A stretch of 64,000 bases of DNA from an uncultured bacterium (lineage in GTDB: Bacteria; Verrucomicrobiota; Verrucomicrobiia; Limisphaerales; UBA8199), in the NCBI GenBank assembly GCA_963749495.1, contig CAVVMW010000006.1, positions 576,001 through 640,000 on the forward strand, in the 5' to 3' direction. The notes under the pieces are model-generated. The model made no database searches, was not told where the DNA came from, and saw only the letters and a list, made by a program, of their open reading frames with translations. Made by a program: the position numbers and the translations under genes. Below, piece after piece: positions 29,829 through 40,271 of the stretch. Each line of letters opens with the position of its first letter. Within the stretch, counting starts at the first letter, position 1.

Positions 29829-32378
29829 ATGCAAACGATTATTGCCCGACGTGAATTCCTGAAAACTGCTTCCGTGGTGGCGGGCGGGTTGGCCTTGGAG
29901 GGCCTTGCGAGCGCTGCACCGCCCGGCGCAGCCGGCGCATCGCCGGGCCTGGCCGTTGCAGACCTGCCCAAAGGGTCCGCTCCGCCGCCGGTCCCTTTTC
30001 CACATTTCCCGGATAGCCTGCACGCGTTCGTTTGGCGGAACTGGCCGCTGGTGCCGCCGGAGCGGATGGCCCGGGTCGCGGGCGCCCGCGCGGCGGACAT
30101 CCTCCGGATGGGACACGCCATGGGTTTGGGCCGCCCGCCCCGGATTACCCGCGAGCAACAGGCCCGTTCCTACATCACCGTCATCAAGCGGAATTGGCAT
30201 CTGCTGCCTTACGAGCAGTTGCTCGACCTTCTGGGTTGGACGCCGGAGCAATTGGCCTACACGTTGCGTGAAGACGATTTTCTCTTCGTCAAGCTTGGGA
30301 ACCTCAAGCCCCGGTGCCCTCGGCTGGCCTGGCGGGCGCCCGCGCAAAGCGCCCTGGAGCGGGAAGGCGAGATGGCGCGCATCCTGGCGCAGGAGCTTGG
30401 TGCCGCTCCAGCACAGGCCGGCGAGCCGCTCTTTGGGTTCATCGCGAGGCTTTCACGGAAGCCCGCGGGGGCGTATCCGGACACTGCCCCCGGAGTGCGC
30501 CCGTCCCCGGGCGCAGCAGCGACGGAGCGGGGAGGCGCGCCGGAGTACTTGACCACTGCCATGGCGGTGGACGTCGCTGCGCCCGAGGACGGGCGCACTC
30601 CCACCTCGCCGCAGCCGGTGGGGGCGGTGTCGGGATGCGCCGAGCCCGCAGGGCCTGGCCGCCCGCTGCTTTCTGAGGACCTCAAGTTCTGCTATTCCTA
30701 CTTCGCTCCTTACGGAAATCCGCTGCTGGGAAAGGAGTTGGACCCATATCCGGAGGGCTACCTCGCTCAACTGGCGCAGGCCGGCGTGAACGGCGTCTGG
30801 CTCCAGGCGGTGCTCTACAAGCTGGCCCCGTTCCCGTGGGAACCGGACCTGAGCGCACAGCACCGGACCCGGCTCAAGAACCTGCAGGGCCTCGTGGCCC
30901 GCGCCCGCCGGCGCGGCATCCGGGTGTTCCTCTACCTGAACGAACCGCGGGCGATGCCGCTGCGGTTTTTCGAGGGCCGCGGGCAGGCTCAAGGGTGTGG
31001 TTGAAGGCGATCATGCCGACCCTTTGCACGAGCCGGCCGGAGGTGCAGCGCTACCTGGTCCAGGCCGTAGCCGGGATTTGCCGGGCCGTGCCCGATCTGG
31101 GTGGTTTCTTCAGCATCACCGCGTCCGAGAACCTGACCAATTGCTGGTCCCACGGCCAAGGCGCCCGGTGCCCGCGTTGCGCCGGGCGCCGGCCGGGGGA
31201 AGTCATCGCCGAGGTCAACAGGCTGTTTTTCGAGGGCATCCGCCAGTCCGGCGCGCCGGCCCGGCTCATTGCCTGGGACTGGGGCTGGAGCGAGACGTGG
31301 GCCGGCGAGGCCATCAGCGGGCTGCCCGACCAGGCCGCCCTGATGAGCGTGAGCGAATGGGAGCTCGCTATCGAGCGCGGGGGCGTCAAGAGCGAGGTCG
31401 GCGAATACTCGATTTCGGCCGTGGGTCCCGGGCCGCGGGCGCGGCGGCACTGGGGCCTGGCACAGAAGCGAGGGCTGAAAACCATCGCCAAGATCCAGGC
31501 CGGCAATACCTGGGAGCTTTCGGCGGTGCCCTATATCCCGGCGGTGGCAAACGTGGCGCGCCAGGCAGAGCAGTTGCGTGCCAGCGGCGTGCGCGGTTTC
31601 ATGCTGGGCTGGACACTAGGCGGGTTTCCCTCGCCGAACCTGGAGGTGGTCTCGGAGACCCTCGCGTGCGGGTCGGCCCAGGAGGCGATGCGGCGCGTAG
31701 CGGAACGGCGTTTTGGGGCCCGGCTCGCCCCGGACGTGGTCAGGGCCTGGCGTGGCTTCAGCGCCGCGTTTTCAGAATTCCCCTTCCATGTCGGGGTGCT
31801 TTACTCCGGCCCGCAACAGCTCGGTCCGGCCAACCTGCTCTGGGCCGAGCCAACCGGCTTGCCGGCCACGATGGTCGGGTTTCCTTACGACGACCTGGAG
31901 GCCTGGCGGGCGGTCTATCCGCCGGGGGTCTTCATCGGGCAGTTGGAGAAGGTCGCAGACGGCTTCGACGCCGCGTTGGCGCAACTCCGGGCTGCAGTGG
32001 CCACACCGGGAACCGGGACGCCGCCGGAGCCGGCGCAACGGCGCGCCTTCCTCCAGGAATGCCGCGTGGCCGAGGCCGCCGCAGTCCACTTCCGCAGCAC
32101 GGCCAATCAGGCCCGGTTCGTCCTGACCCGCCGCGCCATAGCCGCGGCCAAGCCCGCCCGGCCCTCCGCCCCACAACTGGCCGTGCTCGAGCGCGTGCTC
32201 CAGGATGAGATTGGCTTGGCGCGCCGGCTCTACCACATCCAATCGAGCGATTCCTCGATCGGCTTCGAGGCCTCCAACCAGTACCTATTATGTTCCCCAG
32301 GATCTGTTGGAGAAGATCCTCAACTGCCGGGACCTGCTGGAGCGGTGGCTGCCACGGTTGCGGGAGGGGGGAACGTGA
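29829..32378 (+). CDS. Large Tat-exported hypothetical protein (possibly glycoside hydrolase-like); frameshifts near 30980-31020 and 32285; carries an in-frame family E insertion
   Basis: ARREFLK signal; GVNGVWL, LYLNEP, TASENLTNC, AWDWGW. Confidence 0.65.
30469..30642. repeat. 174-bp family E element inserted in frame in a CDS
   Basis: Translates as AYPDTAPGVRPSPG..GAVSGCA; flanked by an AGCCCGCRGGG direct repeat 183 bp apart. Confidence 0.9.
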
Positions 32379-32565
32379 AACGTGAAACGTGAAACGTGAA
32401 ATCGTGGGGAGCCTTCTTTGGCTTGGGCAAGAGCATCGGGAGCGTGAACCGGATAGGGGCTGCGAGGCCGCGAAGCGTTTTGGACTACGGCAGTCCTCTG
32501 CCGCTTTTTGAAGCCCTTGGGACCCGACAGCGGCAGAGGACTGCCGCAGTCCAAAACCTTGCGGG
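32374..32565. repeat. (CGTGAAA)4 array, degenerate GGTTCATGG-type unit and family B doublet
   Basis: Read directly and compared with 6825, 21966 and 10948. Confidence 0.8.
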
Positions 32566-32657
32566 CTTCGGCAGTTCGTCGAGAAACGAAAGGGACAAAC
32601 GGCAGCACGGGAGAGGAAGTTTTTTACACGGCTTGGCGAAGCGTGTATTCTCGGCCG

Positions 32658-34909
32658 ATGAAAGTTGGATGTCTTCTGGCGCTGTGGCTGTTTGTGTGGA
32701 ACCAGGCGGGCGGCGCTGCCGCGCAGTGGGAACCGGTCGGACTGTCGGGCGGCGGGGGGATGTTCAGCCCGGCGATCTCACCTGCGGACCCGAACCTGAT
32801 GATGATCAACTGCGACATGAGCGGCGCCTACCTGAGCCGGGACGGCGGGCGCAACTGGCAGATGATCAACCAGGCACAACTGCGGAGCGACACTCAATGC
32901 CGGCCCGGCTTTCACCCGTCCAATGTGGACATCATTTATGCCTCGTCCGGTGGGCAGCTTCGTGTGAGCCGCAACGGCGGCCGGACGTTTTCCCGGTTGG
33001 GCGATCTCAAGGAGGGGTTGCAGGGGGAGATAGCGATCAACCCTGCCGAACCGGCCATGCTGCTGACGGCAACGTGGAGCGGCCGCTGCTGGCTTTCGAG
33101 GGACGGCGGCAAGACCTGGTCCGCATGTGCCGGGCCGCCGGCCGGCTCATCGGCTTCCATTTCGACCGGACGCAGTCAGGGCGCGTGGTTTTCGCCGCAA
33201 CCGAGAAAGGGATTTGGCGGTCGGACGACGCCGGGCAAACGTGGTCGGACAAGACGCAGGGACTGCCGTGGAAGGAGGTGCAGGGTTTTGCCGGCGGTTC
33301 ACAGGCCGCGGGCAGCGTGGTGATGCTCTACTGCGCCGTGAAGAGCAAGGCGGAGAGTGGCGTCTTCCGGGGCGGGCTCTTCCGTTCGCATGACCGCGGC
33401 GAGACCTGGGAGCCGGCGATGGGCTCGGGCCTGAACACCGAGACCAAACAGGCAGACCAGTGGGCTTACGGCCCGATCTCGCAATACGAGCAACTGCTGG
33501 CCACCGACGCCCGGCCGCTCACGGTCTATGCCTTCAACACCAGCACCGGCTTCCATCCGCCGCACAGCGACACGGTCTATCGGAGCGATGACGGCGGGCA
33601 GACCTGGCGCGCCAGCTATTTCATGGACCCGCGGTTCGAGCGCTACAACGTGGCGCCCGATTACGGAACCGCCTCGACGGGCCAATCGTTCAAAGGCGGC
33701 GAAGCGCCCTTCGGCGTGGCCATCTGCAACACCGACCCGGAGCGCCTGATGCTGGTGCGCAACGAGTGCCACGTGACCCACGACGGCGGCAAGACCTGGT
33801 TCGCCGGCCACACTTACCCGGCACCCGGCCAGAAACCCGCGCCCCGCTCCGCCTGGGCCTGCAACGGCCTGGTAGTGACCACGACCTGGCACTACTACAT
33901 CGACCCCTTCGAGACCAACCGCCATTACATCGCCTATACCGACCTCGGCTTGGCCCGCTCCCTGGACGGCGGCCGCAGTTGGGCCTGGTGGGACAGCAAG
34001 TCCTGGGCGCCCTGGCGCAACACCTGTTACGAAATGGCCTTCGACCCCGAAATCCCCGGCAAGATCTGGGGCGCCTTCTCCGACGTACACGACATCCCCA
34101 ATGACAACATCATCTCCGAGCGCCACGGCCATAATCACCCCGGCGGCGTCTGCCTCTCCCGGGACTTCGCCGCCTCCTGGAAAAACGAGGCCCGCGGCCT
34201 CCCACTCAAGCCGGTGACCTCCATCGTCCTCGACCCGGCGAGTTCGAAGAACTCGCGCACGCTTTACGCCGGGGTGTTTTCGGAAGGCGTGTTCAAGACG
34301 ACCGACGATGGCCGGACCTGGACGCTCAAGAAAGAGGGCCTGGGGCACCCGGACAACATGCGGGTCAGCCGTGTCTTCCTCCACCGGGACGGCACCCTCT
34401 TCGCCATGATTTGCGCCCGGCGCCCCGCTCCCCGCAAACCCCTGGCGCCCGAGGGCGTGGGCCTCTATCGGTCGAAAAACGGCGGCGACACCTGGCAACG
34501 CATCAGCCCCACACTACCCTGGCTCTATCCCAAGGACTTCTCGGTCCATCCTCGGGACAGCAACCGCATCCTGGTGGGGACGTGCGACGCGGCCTGGGAC
34601 GACAAGTCCGGCGGTTTGTGTGCCACCCGCGACGGCGGCACGACCTGGCAACGCATCGGCCGTGAGGGCCCGCAGACCTTCGGCGGCTACTTCCACCCGC
34701 AGCGCGAGGGCTGGATCTACATGACCCTCACCGAGGGCGCCCCCGGCGCAGGGCTCTGGCTCACACGTGATGAAGGCCGGACCTGGCAGGCGCTCGAAGG
34801 GTTGCCCTTCGCCAACGTCCAGCGCGTCGAGTTCGATGCCTCGAACACGGCGACCTTGCGCGTCACGACCTTCGGCGGCAGCGTGTGGCGGGGAAGAAAT
34901 GACGAATGA
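32658..34909 (+). CDS. Secreted BNR/Asp-box (VPS10-like) beta-propeller protein, frameshift near 33135
   Basis: Signal peptide, WEPVGLSGGGG, many SxDGGxTW repeats. Confidence 0.85.
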
Positions 34910-35072
34910 CGAATGACGAATGACGAATGACGAATGACGAATGACGAATGACGAATGACAAATGACGAATGACGAATGACGAATGACGAATGACGAATGA
35001 CGAATGACGAATGACGAAAATGGAGCGGAGCGCCCTCCGATTTCGTCATTCGTCATTCGTCATTCGTCATTC
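34898..35072. repeat. (AATGACG)17 followed by inverted (CGTCATT)4
   Basis: 17 units at 34898-35016 with one variant; inverse array at 35043-35072. Confidence 0.97.
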
Positions 35073-35528
35073 CTCCCTCCGCGTCCGCCGCAGGATGGCG
35101 GAGAAGATCAGGTGCAGTTCCCTTGCCTCTTTCCAGAGCGCTCGCGCCCGTGGTTTGAGCTCGGGCACGGCCCGGACCACCATGCGCAGGTGGAACTTGG
35201 TTTCGCGGGCCTCCTTGCGGCAGGTCCCAATATTCTTGCGGAACTCATTGCGGGAGTAGGCGTCGTCCGCCTCGCAATAGTTCGCCCCTACGCTCGTGCC
35301 GGCGCCAACGAGTTGGTCGATGAGCCGATTCGTCACCGGTCCCTTCGGGATGGTGAGCGCGAAGTCAACGATGGCTTCGCCGAAGTTTGCGGTGCGTTCT
35401 TCAAGGTCGTACACACGCTGCTGATTGTCCGGCGTTTCTCGCAGCACCATCCCTCCACTCCCTGCCTCTTGCCAGAACAGCTCCTCCGCCACCTTAGTTC
35501 CCAAGCCGCCACTCACGTTTTCGTTCAT
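35067..35528 (-). CDS. Four-helix-bundle protein (23S rRNA IVP / Avd-like family)
   Basis: YDLEERTANF..QLVGAGTSVGANYCEAD..KEARETKFHL..EARELHLIFSAI; start uncertain. Confidence 0.9.
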   Translation of the reverse strand: MNENVSGGLGTKVAEELFWQEAGSGGMVLRETPDNQQRVYDLEERTANFGEAIVDFALTIPKGPVTNRLIDQLVGAGTSVGANYCEADDAYSRNEFRKNIGTCRKEARETKFHLRMVVRAVPELKPRARALWKEARELHLIFSAILRRTRREE

Positions 35529-35561
35529 AATGCATGATGCTGCACGATTCACCCCCGTCTT

Positions 35562-35598
35562 TTCGTCATTCGTCATTCGTCATTCGTCATTCGTCATT
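35562..35598. repeat. (CGTCATT)5 array
   Basis: Contains the purL stop codon. Confidence 0.95.
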
Positions 35599-38197
35599 TC
35601 ATCGCTCTTGCGATGACGTTCCACCACAGGTCGCGCAATTCGGCGACGTCGCAGGTCAAGCCGCCGCCAGGGGTCTGGATGGAGAGGGCGATGCCGCCCA
35701 CGGCGCCGATGAGGGAGGCAGGGATGCCGAGGATCTTCGCCTGGGCCAGGACCTTGCGGGCGTGTAGGGCGTCCACGGAGATGACGATGCGGGCCTGGGC
35801 CTCGCCAAAGAGCACGGCGTCCAGGCGCGGGGCGGAAGCGCCTCCGAGGGCGGCGAGGGCGTTGGCCAGGTCGAGTTGCGCGCCGAGCAGGCGCGGGGTC
35901 TCGCGGGCGATCTGATGGGAGATGCAACACTCTGCCAGGGCCACGGCCAGGCCGCCTTCGCTGCAATCATGGGCGCTCTTGACCACGCCGGAATGGATGA
36001 ACGCGCGCAAGGCCAGGTGCAGTTCCTTCTCCTGCTCCAGGTCGCACCGGGGCGGGGTGCCGGTCTTCAAACCGTGGACCCGTTGCAGGTAGGCGGAACC
36101 ACCCAGGCCCAGCAACGGGTCGGCGGCGTCCAGGATGTTGCCCAGCAGGACGATGGCATCGCCTTGGTCCTTGAACCATTGCGTGGTGATGTGCTCCGGT
36201 TTCTCGATCAGGCCGACCATGGCGAGCGTAGGGGTCGGGTCAATCGGGCCATTGGGGCTCTGGTTGTAGAGGCTGACATTGCCGCCGGTCACCGGGGCAT
36301 TGAAGGCGCGGCAACCGTCGGCCAGGCCGCGCACGGCCTCGCGCAACTGCCAGAAGATCTCGGGGTTGAACGGGTTGCCGAAGTTGAGGTTGTCGGTCGT
36401 GCCGAGCGGGACGGCGCCGGCGCAGGCGAGGTTGCGGGCGGCCTCGGCCACGACCAATTTGCCGCCCTCGTAAGGGTCCAGATAGACGTAGCCGGCATTG
36501 CCGTCCACGGTCAGGGCGATGAGTTTCTCGGGCGTGATGGTTGAGGGCGGAGGGCCGGCCGGGATGGCTGCCTCGCCGGCGGATGCGCCGGGCGGCAGAG
36601 AGTCTTGCTTGATGCGCAGGACCGCGGCATCGGACCCCGGGCAGACCACAGTGCCGTCGCGGACCATGTGATCGTATTGGCGATAGACCCAGTTCTTGGA
36701 GGCAATCGTGGGCCAGCCAACGAGGGCCTTGAGGTCGGACGCGGGGTCCGCGGTGTCCGGGAGGCCGGCCAGGGTGAAGGCGCGGGTGGTCTTGAGATAG
36801 GCCGGTTCGCGGGATTCGCGCTGATAAACCGGGGCTTCGTCGGCGAGCTTCTTGGCGGGGATGTCGGCGACGATTTGCCCGTGGTGGCGCACCACCATGC
36901 GGCCGGTGCCGGTCACGCGCCCGATCTCGGCCCAGGGGAGGTCCCACTTGTCGAAGATGCGTTTGACCTCTTCCTGGCGGCCGTCCTGGACGATGATGAG
37001 CATGCGCTCCTGGGATTCGCTGAGCATGATCTCGTATGGGGTCATGTTCGGGGCGCGCTGGGGGACTTTGTCCAATTCGATCTCGATGCCGGTGCCGGCG
37101 CGGGCGGCGGTCTCGCAGGTCGAGCAAGTCAGCCCCGCGGCGCCCATGTCCTGGATGCCGGCGACGGCGCCGGTGGCCAGCAATTCCAGGCAGGCCTCGC
37201 AAACGAGTTTCTCCATGAAGGGATCACCCACCTGCACGGCGCCGCGCTGGACCTCGGCGGATTCCTCGGTCAGGTCCTGCGAGGCAAAGGCCGCCCCCGC
37301 CAGGCCGTCCCGCCCGGTGGCCGGGCCGACGTAGAAGACCGGGTTGCCGACGCCGCTGGCCCGTCCGCGCACGATTTGTTCGTGCCGGAGCACGCCCAGG
37401 CAGAAGGCATTGACCAGCGGATTGCCCTCGTAGGACTTGTCGAAATAGACCTCGCCCGCGATGGTCGGGATGCCGAAGCAGTTGCCGTAGTGGGCGATGC
37501 CCGCCACTACGCCGCTGAAGAGCCGCCGGTTATTGGCAAGCGCCGCATCTTGCGTCCCTTGTGTCCGGGCGTATCCCATCACTGCCCCCGGAGTGCGCCC
37601 GCCCCCGGGCGCAGCAGCGAGGGAGCGGGCAGGCGCGCCGGAGTACCTGATCGCTGCCGTGGCTGCGGACGTCGCTGCGCCCGAGGACGGGCGCACTCCC
37701 ATCTCGCCGCAGCCGGTGGGGGCGGTGTCGGGATACGCCCCTTCTGTCCCTTCTGCCCCTTGTCCAAGATCGCTGATCGGCCCGAAGCGCAGCGAGTTGA
37801 TCGAGCAGATGGGCCGGGCCCCCATCGTGAAGATGTCGCGAATGATCCCGCCGACGCCCGTGGCCGCGCCCTGGAACGGCTCGACTGCGCTGGGGTGATT
37901 GTGCGACTCCATCTTGAAGGCGATGGCCAGTCCGTCCCCGATATCGACGATGCCGGCGTTTTCCTCGCCGGCGCCGACGAGGATCTTCGGCGAGCGGGTC
38001 GGGAATGTCTTGAGCAGGGGGCGGCTGTTCTTGTAGGAGCAATGCTCGCTCCACATCACCGAGAAAATGCCCAGCTCGGTATAGGTGGGCTGGCGGCCCA
38101 ACAGGGCCTGGAGCCGCTCGTATTCCTCGGGCGTGAGGTTGTGGCTCCGCACCAACTCGGGGGTGATGGGGGGGTCGGTTGGGAGATCCCGGTTCAT
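35594..38197 (-). CDS. purL: Phosphoribosylformylglycinamidine synthase subunit PurL, with repeat-derived insertions
   Basis: MWSEHCSYK, KMESHNHPS, GRDG, QDMGAAGL, SESQERM, GGNVSLYN, SAHDCSEGG. Confidence 0.97.
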   Translation of the reverse strand: MNRDLPTDPPITPELVRSHNLTPEEYERLQALLGRQPTYTELGIFSVMWSEHCSYKNSRPLLKTFPTRSPKILVGAGEENAGIVDIGDGLAIAFKMESHNHPSAVEPFQGAATGVGGIIRDIFTMGARPICSINSLRFGPISDLGQGAEGTEGAYPDTAPTGCGEMGVRPSSGAATSAATAAIRYSGAPARSLAAAPGGGRTPGAVMGYARTQGTQDAALANNRRLFSGVVAGIAHYGNCFGIPTIAGEVYFDKSYEGNPLVNAFCLGVLRHEQIVRGRASGVGNPVFYVGPATGRDGLAGAAFASQDLTEESAEVQRGAVQVGDPFMEKLVCEACLELLATGAVAGIQDMGAAGLTCSTCETAARAGTGIEIELDKVPQRAPNMTPYEIMLSESQERMLIIVQDGRQEEVKRIFDKWDLPWAEIGRVTGTGRMVVRHHGQIVADIPAKKLADEAPVYQRESREPAYLKTTRAFTLAGLPDTADPASDLKALVGWPTIASKNWVYRQYDHMVRDGTVVCPGSDAAVLRIKQDSLPPGASAGEAAIPAGPPPSTITPEKLIALTVDGNAGYVYLDPYEGGKLVVAEAARNLACAGAVPLGTTDNLNFGNPFNPEIFWQLREAVRGLADGCRAFNAPVTGGNVSLYNQSPNGPIDPTPTLAMVGLIEKPEHITTQWFKDQGDAIVLLGNILDAADPLLGLGGSAYLQRVHGLKTGTPPRCDLEQEKELHLALRAFIHSGVVKSAHDCSEGGLAVALAECCISHQIARETPRLLGAQLDLANALAALGGASAPRLDAVLFGEAQARIVISVDALHARKVLAQAKILGIPASLIGAVGGIALSIQTPGGGLTCDVAELRDLWWNVIARAMK
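37567..37740. repeat. 174-bp family E element inserted in frame in purL
   Basis: Perfect terminal IR GGGCGTATCCC..GGGATACGCCC; inner GGAGTGCGCCCG..CGGGCGCACTCC doublet. Confidence 0.93.
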
Positions 38198-39111
38198 ACG
38201 GAGTCGGACCTCCGAGTGTCGAGGGGCGAGGGGCGAGTGTCGAGTGTCGAGGGGTGGCCGCTCTGTGTGGGTGCGGGAAGGGATTCTTCGCTGCCGCCTG
38301 AAGGCGGCGTTCCGCAGCCAACCGGAACGCCGCCTTTAGGCGGCAGGCTGGGCGCTCGAAGAAATGGGTCGGGCGGCCCCTCTGTGTCGCCTCGACCCTC
38401 GACCCTCGACCCTTGTCCCTCTCGTTCGAGCGCCGCGATCATGCTCTCGAAGACGAGGCGGCCGTCGGCGGAGCCGAGGATGGGCTCACTGGCGCGCTCG
38501 GGGTGAGGCATGAGGCCGGCGACGTTGCGGGCCTGGTTGCAGATGCCGGCGATGCTCTCGAGCGAACCGTTGGGGTTGGAGGCCGGCGCAGGCTCGCCCT
38601 GGGCATTGACGTAGTGCCAGAGGACCTGGTCGCTGGCCTTGAGCTGGGCGAGCGTGTCGGGGTCGGCAAAAAAGCAGCCTTCCCCATGGGCGATGGGCAG
38701 GCGCAGGAGTTTGTCCTCGGGGACCTTGTTCGTGAACGGGGAGTTGCGGGTGGCGGTCTTGAGGAAGATCGGTTCGCAGCGGAACTGGAGGGAGCGGTTG
38801 CGGAGGAGCGCGCCGGGCAGCAACCCGGCCTCGCAGAGGATTTGAAAGCCGTTGCAGATGCCCAGGACCAGGCCGCCGTTGGCGGCAAAAGTTTGGACGG
38901 CCTGCATCACGGGGCTGAACCGGGCGATGGCGCCGGTGCGCAGGTAATCGCCGAAACTGAAGCCGCCGGGGACGATCACCGCCTGGGCGTCGCCGAGCGA
39001 GCGTTCCTTGTGCCACAGCAGCCGGGCCGAATGCCCCAGCACGTTGCGCAGCACGTGTACCGCGTCCTGGTCGCAATTTGACCCCGGGAATTGGAGAACG
39101 GCGAAATTCAT
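38194..39111 (-). CDS. purQ: Phosphoribosylformylglycinamidine synthase subunit PurQ, with a repeat-derived C-terminal tail
   Basis: FPGSNCD, PGGFSFGDYLR, GICNGFQIL, AHGEG, MPHPER. Confidence 0.97.
   Translation of the reverse strand: MNFAVLQFPGSNCDQDAVHVLRNVLGHSARLLWHKERSLGDAQAVIVPGGFSFGDYLRTGAIARFSPVMQAVQTFAANGGLVLGICNGFQILCEAGLLPGALLRNRSLQFRCEPIFLKTATRNSPFTNKVPEDKLLRLPIAHGEGCFFADPDTLAQLKASDQVLWHYVNAQGEPAPASNPNGSLESIAGICNQARNVAGLMPHPERASEPILGSADGRLVFESMIAALEREGQGSRVEGRGDTEGPPDPFLRAPSLPPKGGVPVGCGTPPSGGSEESLPAPTQSGHPSTLDTRPSPLDTRRSDSV
38214..38412. repeat. Family C palindrome between inverted GTCGAG(T/G)/CTCGACC heptamer arrays, inside the purQ 3' end
   Basis: Core matches 17595-17683. Confidence 0.85.
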
Positions 39112-39130
39112 TCTGACTCCTAATCCAAAA

Positions 39131-39370
39131 TCACTCGATTTCAAACCGGTAATCCTCGATGAGCGGGTTGCTCAGGATCTTGTAGCAGGCATCGTCGATC
39201 TGCCGCCGGGCGGTCTCTTTGTCCTGGTCCGCCAACTCGATCTCGAGGTATTTGCCCACGTGGACCGGGCCGATGCCGGCATAGCCCATCTGGGTGAGGG
39301 CGCCTTGAACGGTCTTGCCTTGCGGATCCACCACGGCCTTTTTTGGCGTAACAATAATCTTGGCTTTCAT
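39131..39370 (-). CDS. purS: PurS subunit
   Basis: VTPKKAVVDPQG..VGKYLEI..LSNPLIEDY. Confidence 0.96.
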   Translation of the reverse strand: MKAKIIVTPKKAVVDPQGKTVQGALTQMGYAGIGPVHVGKYLEIELADQDKETARRQIDDACYKILSNPLIEDYRFEIE

Positions 39371-39567
39371 CTCGGAATGGCCCGGCGTTTCCTGCCGCGC
39401 GCCGGACAAGAGCTTGGCCGAGCCGGGGCAGGAGATCCAGATCTTTTTCGCGGCTTCAGCGGATGGGGGTGCGGGACAAAATAGAAACCATTACACCTGT
39501 TCATTTCCGCCTATTCGGCGTATTCCGCGGTTCATTCTTCTTCGGAGCTCTGCTAGCCTCGCCGGCC

Positions 39568-39705
39568 ATGAAAACCGATCTTATTCAAAATTACTTCAAG
39601 GCGGCCAGGTTCAAGCTCGGGCTGTTGGTCAACTTTGGCCATTATCCCAAGCTCCAAATTGAGCGCATTGTGGCGGAGCGGGGCCGATACGGCTATGGCA
39701 TCTGA
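39568..39705 (+). pseudogene. Internally deleted GxxExxY-family gene between inverted 9-mer arrays
   Basis: MKTDLI joined to QNYFKA..KLGLLVNFGHYPKLQIERIV; arrays at 39505-39532 and 39710-39737. Confidence 0.7.
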
Positions 39706-39944
39706 GGGCAACCGCGGAATACGCGGAATACGCGGAAGACAGAGCCGCTCAGCGATCCCGGGGGGGACTGGCCGGAGTTGGGGGCAGCCCCGTTTCATTG
39801 CGGTTGCATCCGCATAAACACAGTCACGGAAGGGAAGAAACAACGCCTGCCTTTGTCTCTTCAACGGAGGTTACTTTTTTTGTGCGGCACCAAGCGAATG
39901 GGGGCGGGGCCGGAAGAAAAGGGGTCAGCCATGGCTCATTTTCT

Positions 39945-40220
39945 TGGCCGACAAGCTGCTCGGGGTGAGCACCATTCACGTGAACTACGGCGCGAGACAG
40001 CGGAAGCGAAGGCGGAGCGGATTGTCCCTGAAGAATTGCGCCGGCTTGGCTGGGAGGACGAAACCGGCTTGGGGAGCCGGCCCAAGGGTGATCCTGCCAA
40101 GCTGGCCATTGCGGCACGCCTGCGGCGGGCGACAACGCTCCCCATCAAGGCCATCGCGGCTCGGACGCCGCTGGGCACATCGAAGAGCGCGAACGCCCGG
40201 CTGCACGGGTGGATGGGGCA
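39945..40220 (+). pseudogene. Probable C-terminal HTH fragment of a Y1/RAYT-like transposase
   Basis: GEHHSRELRRETAEAKAERI..EELRRLGW..KGDPAKLAIAARLR..TTL.IK.IA.R..LG; preceded by AAAGGGGTCAGCC. Confidence 0.55.
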
Positions 40221-40271
40221 GCCTGTGCCATCCGATTCATCACACGGTGGGAATTTGAGGTAAAACGAACC

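Noticed and set aside
35067..35528. Diversity-generating retroelement or 23S rRNA intervening sequence
   Set aside because: No reverse transcriptase, TR/VR pair or rRNA sequence in the window.
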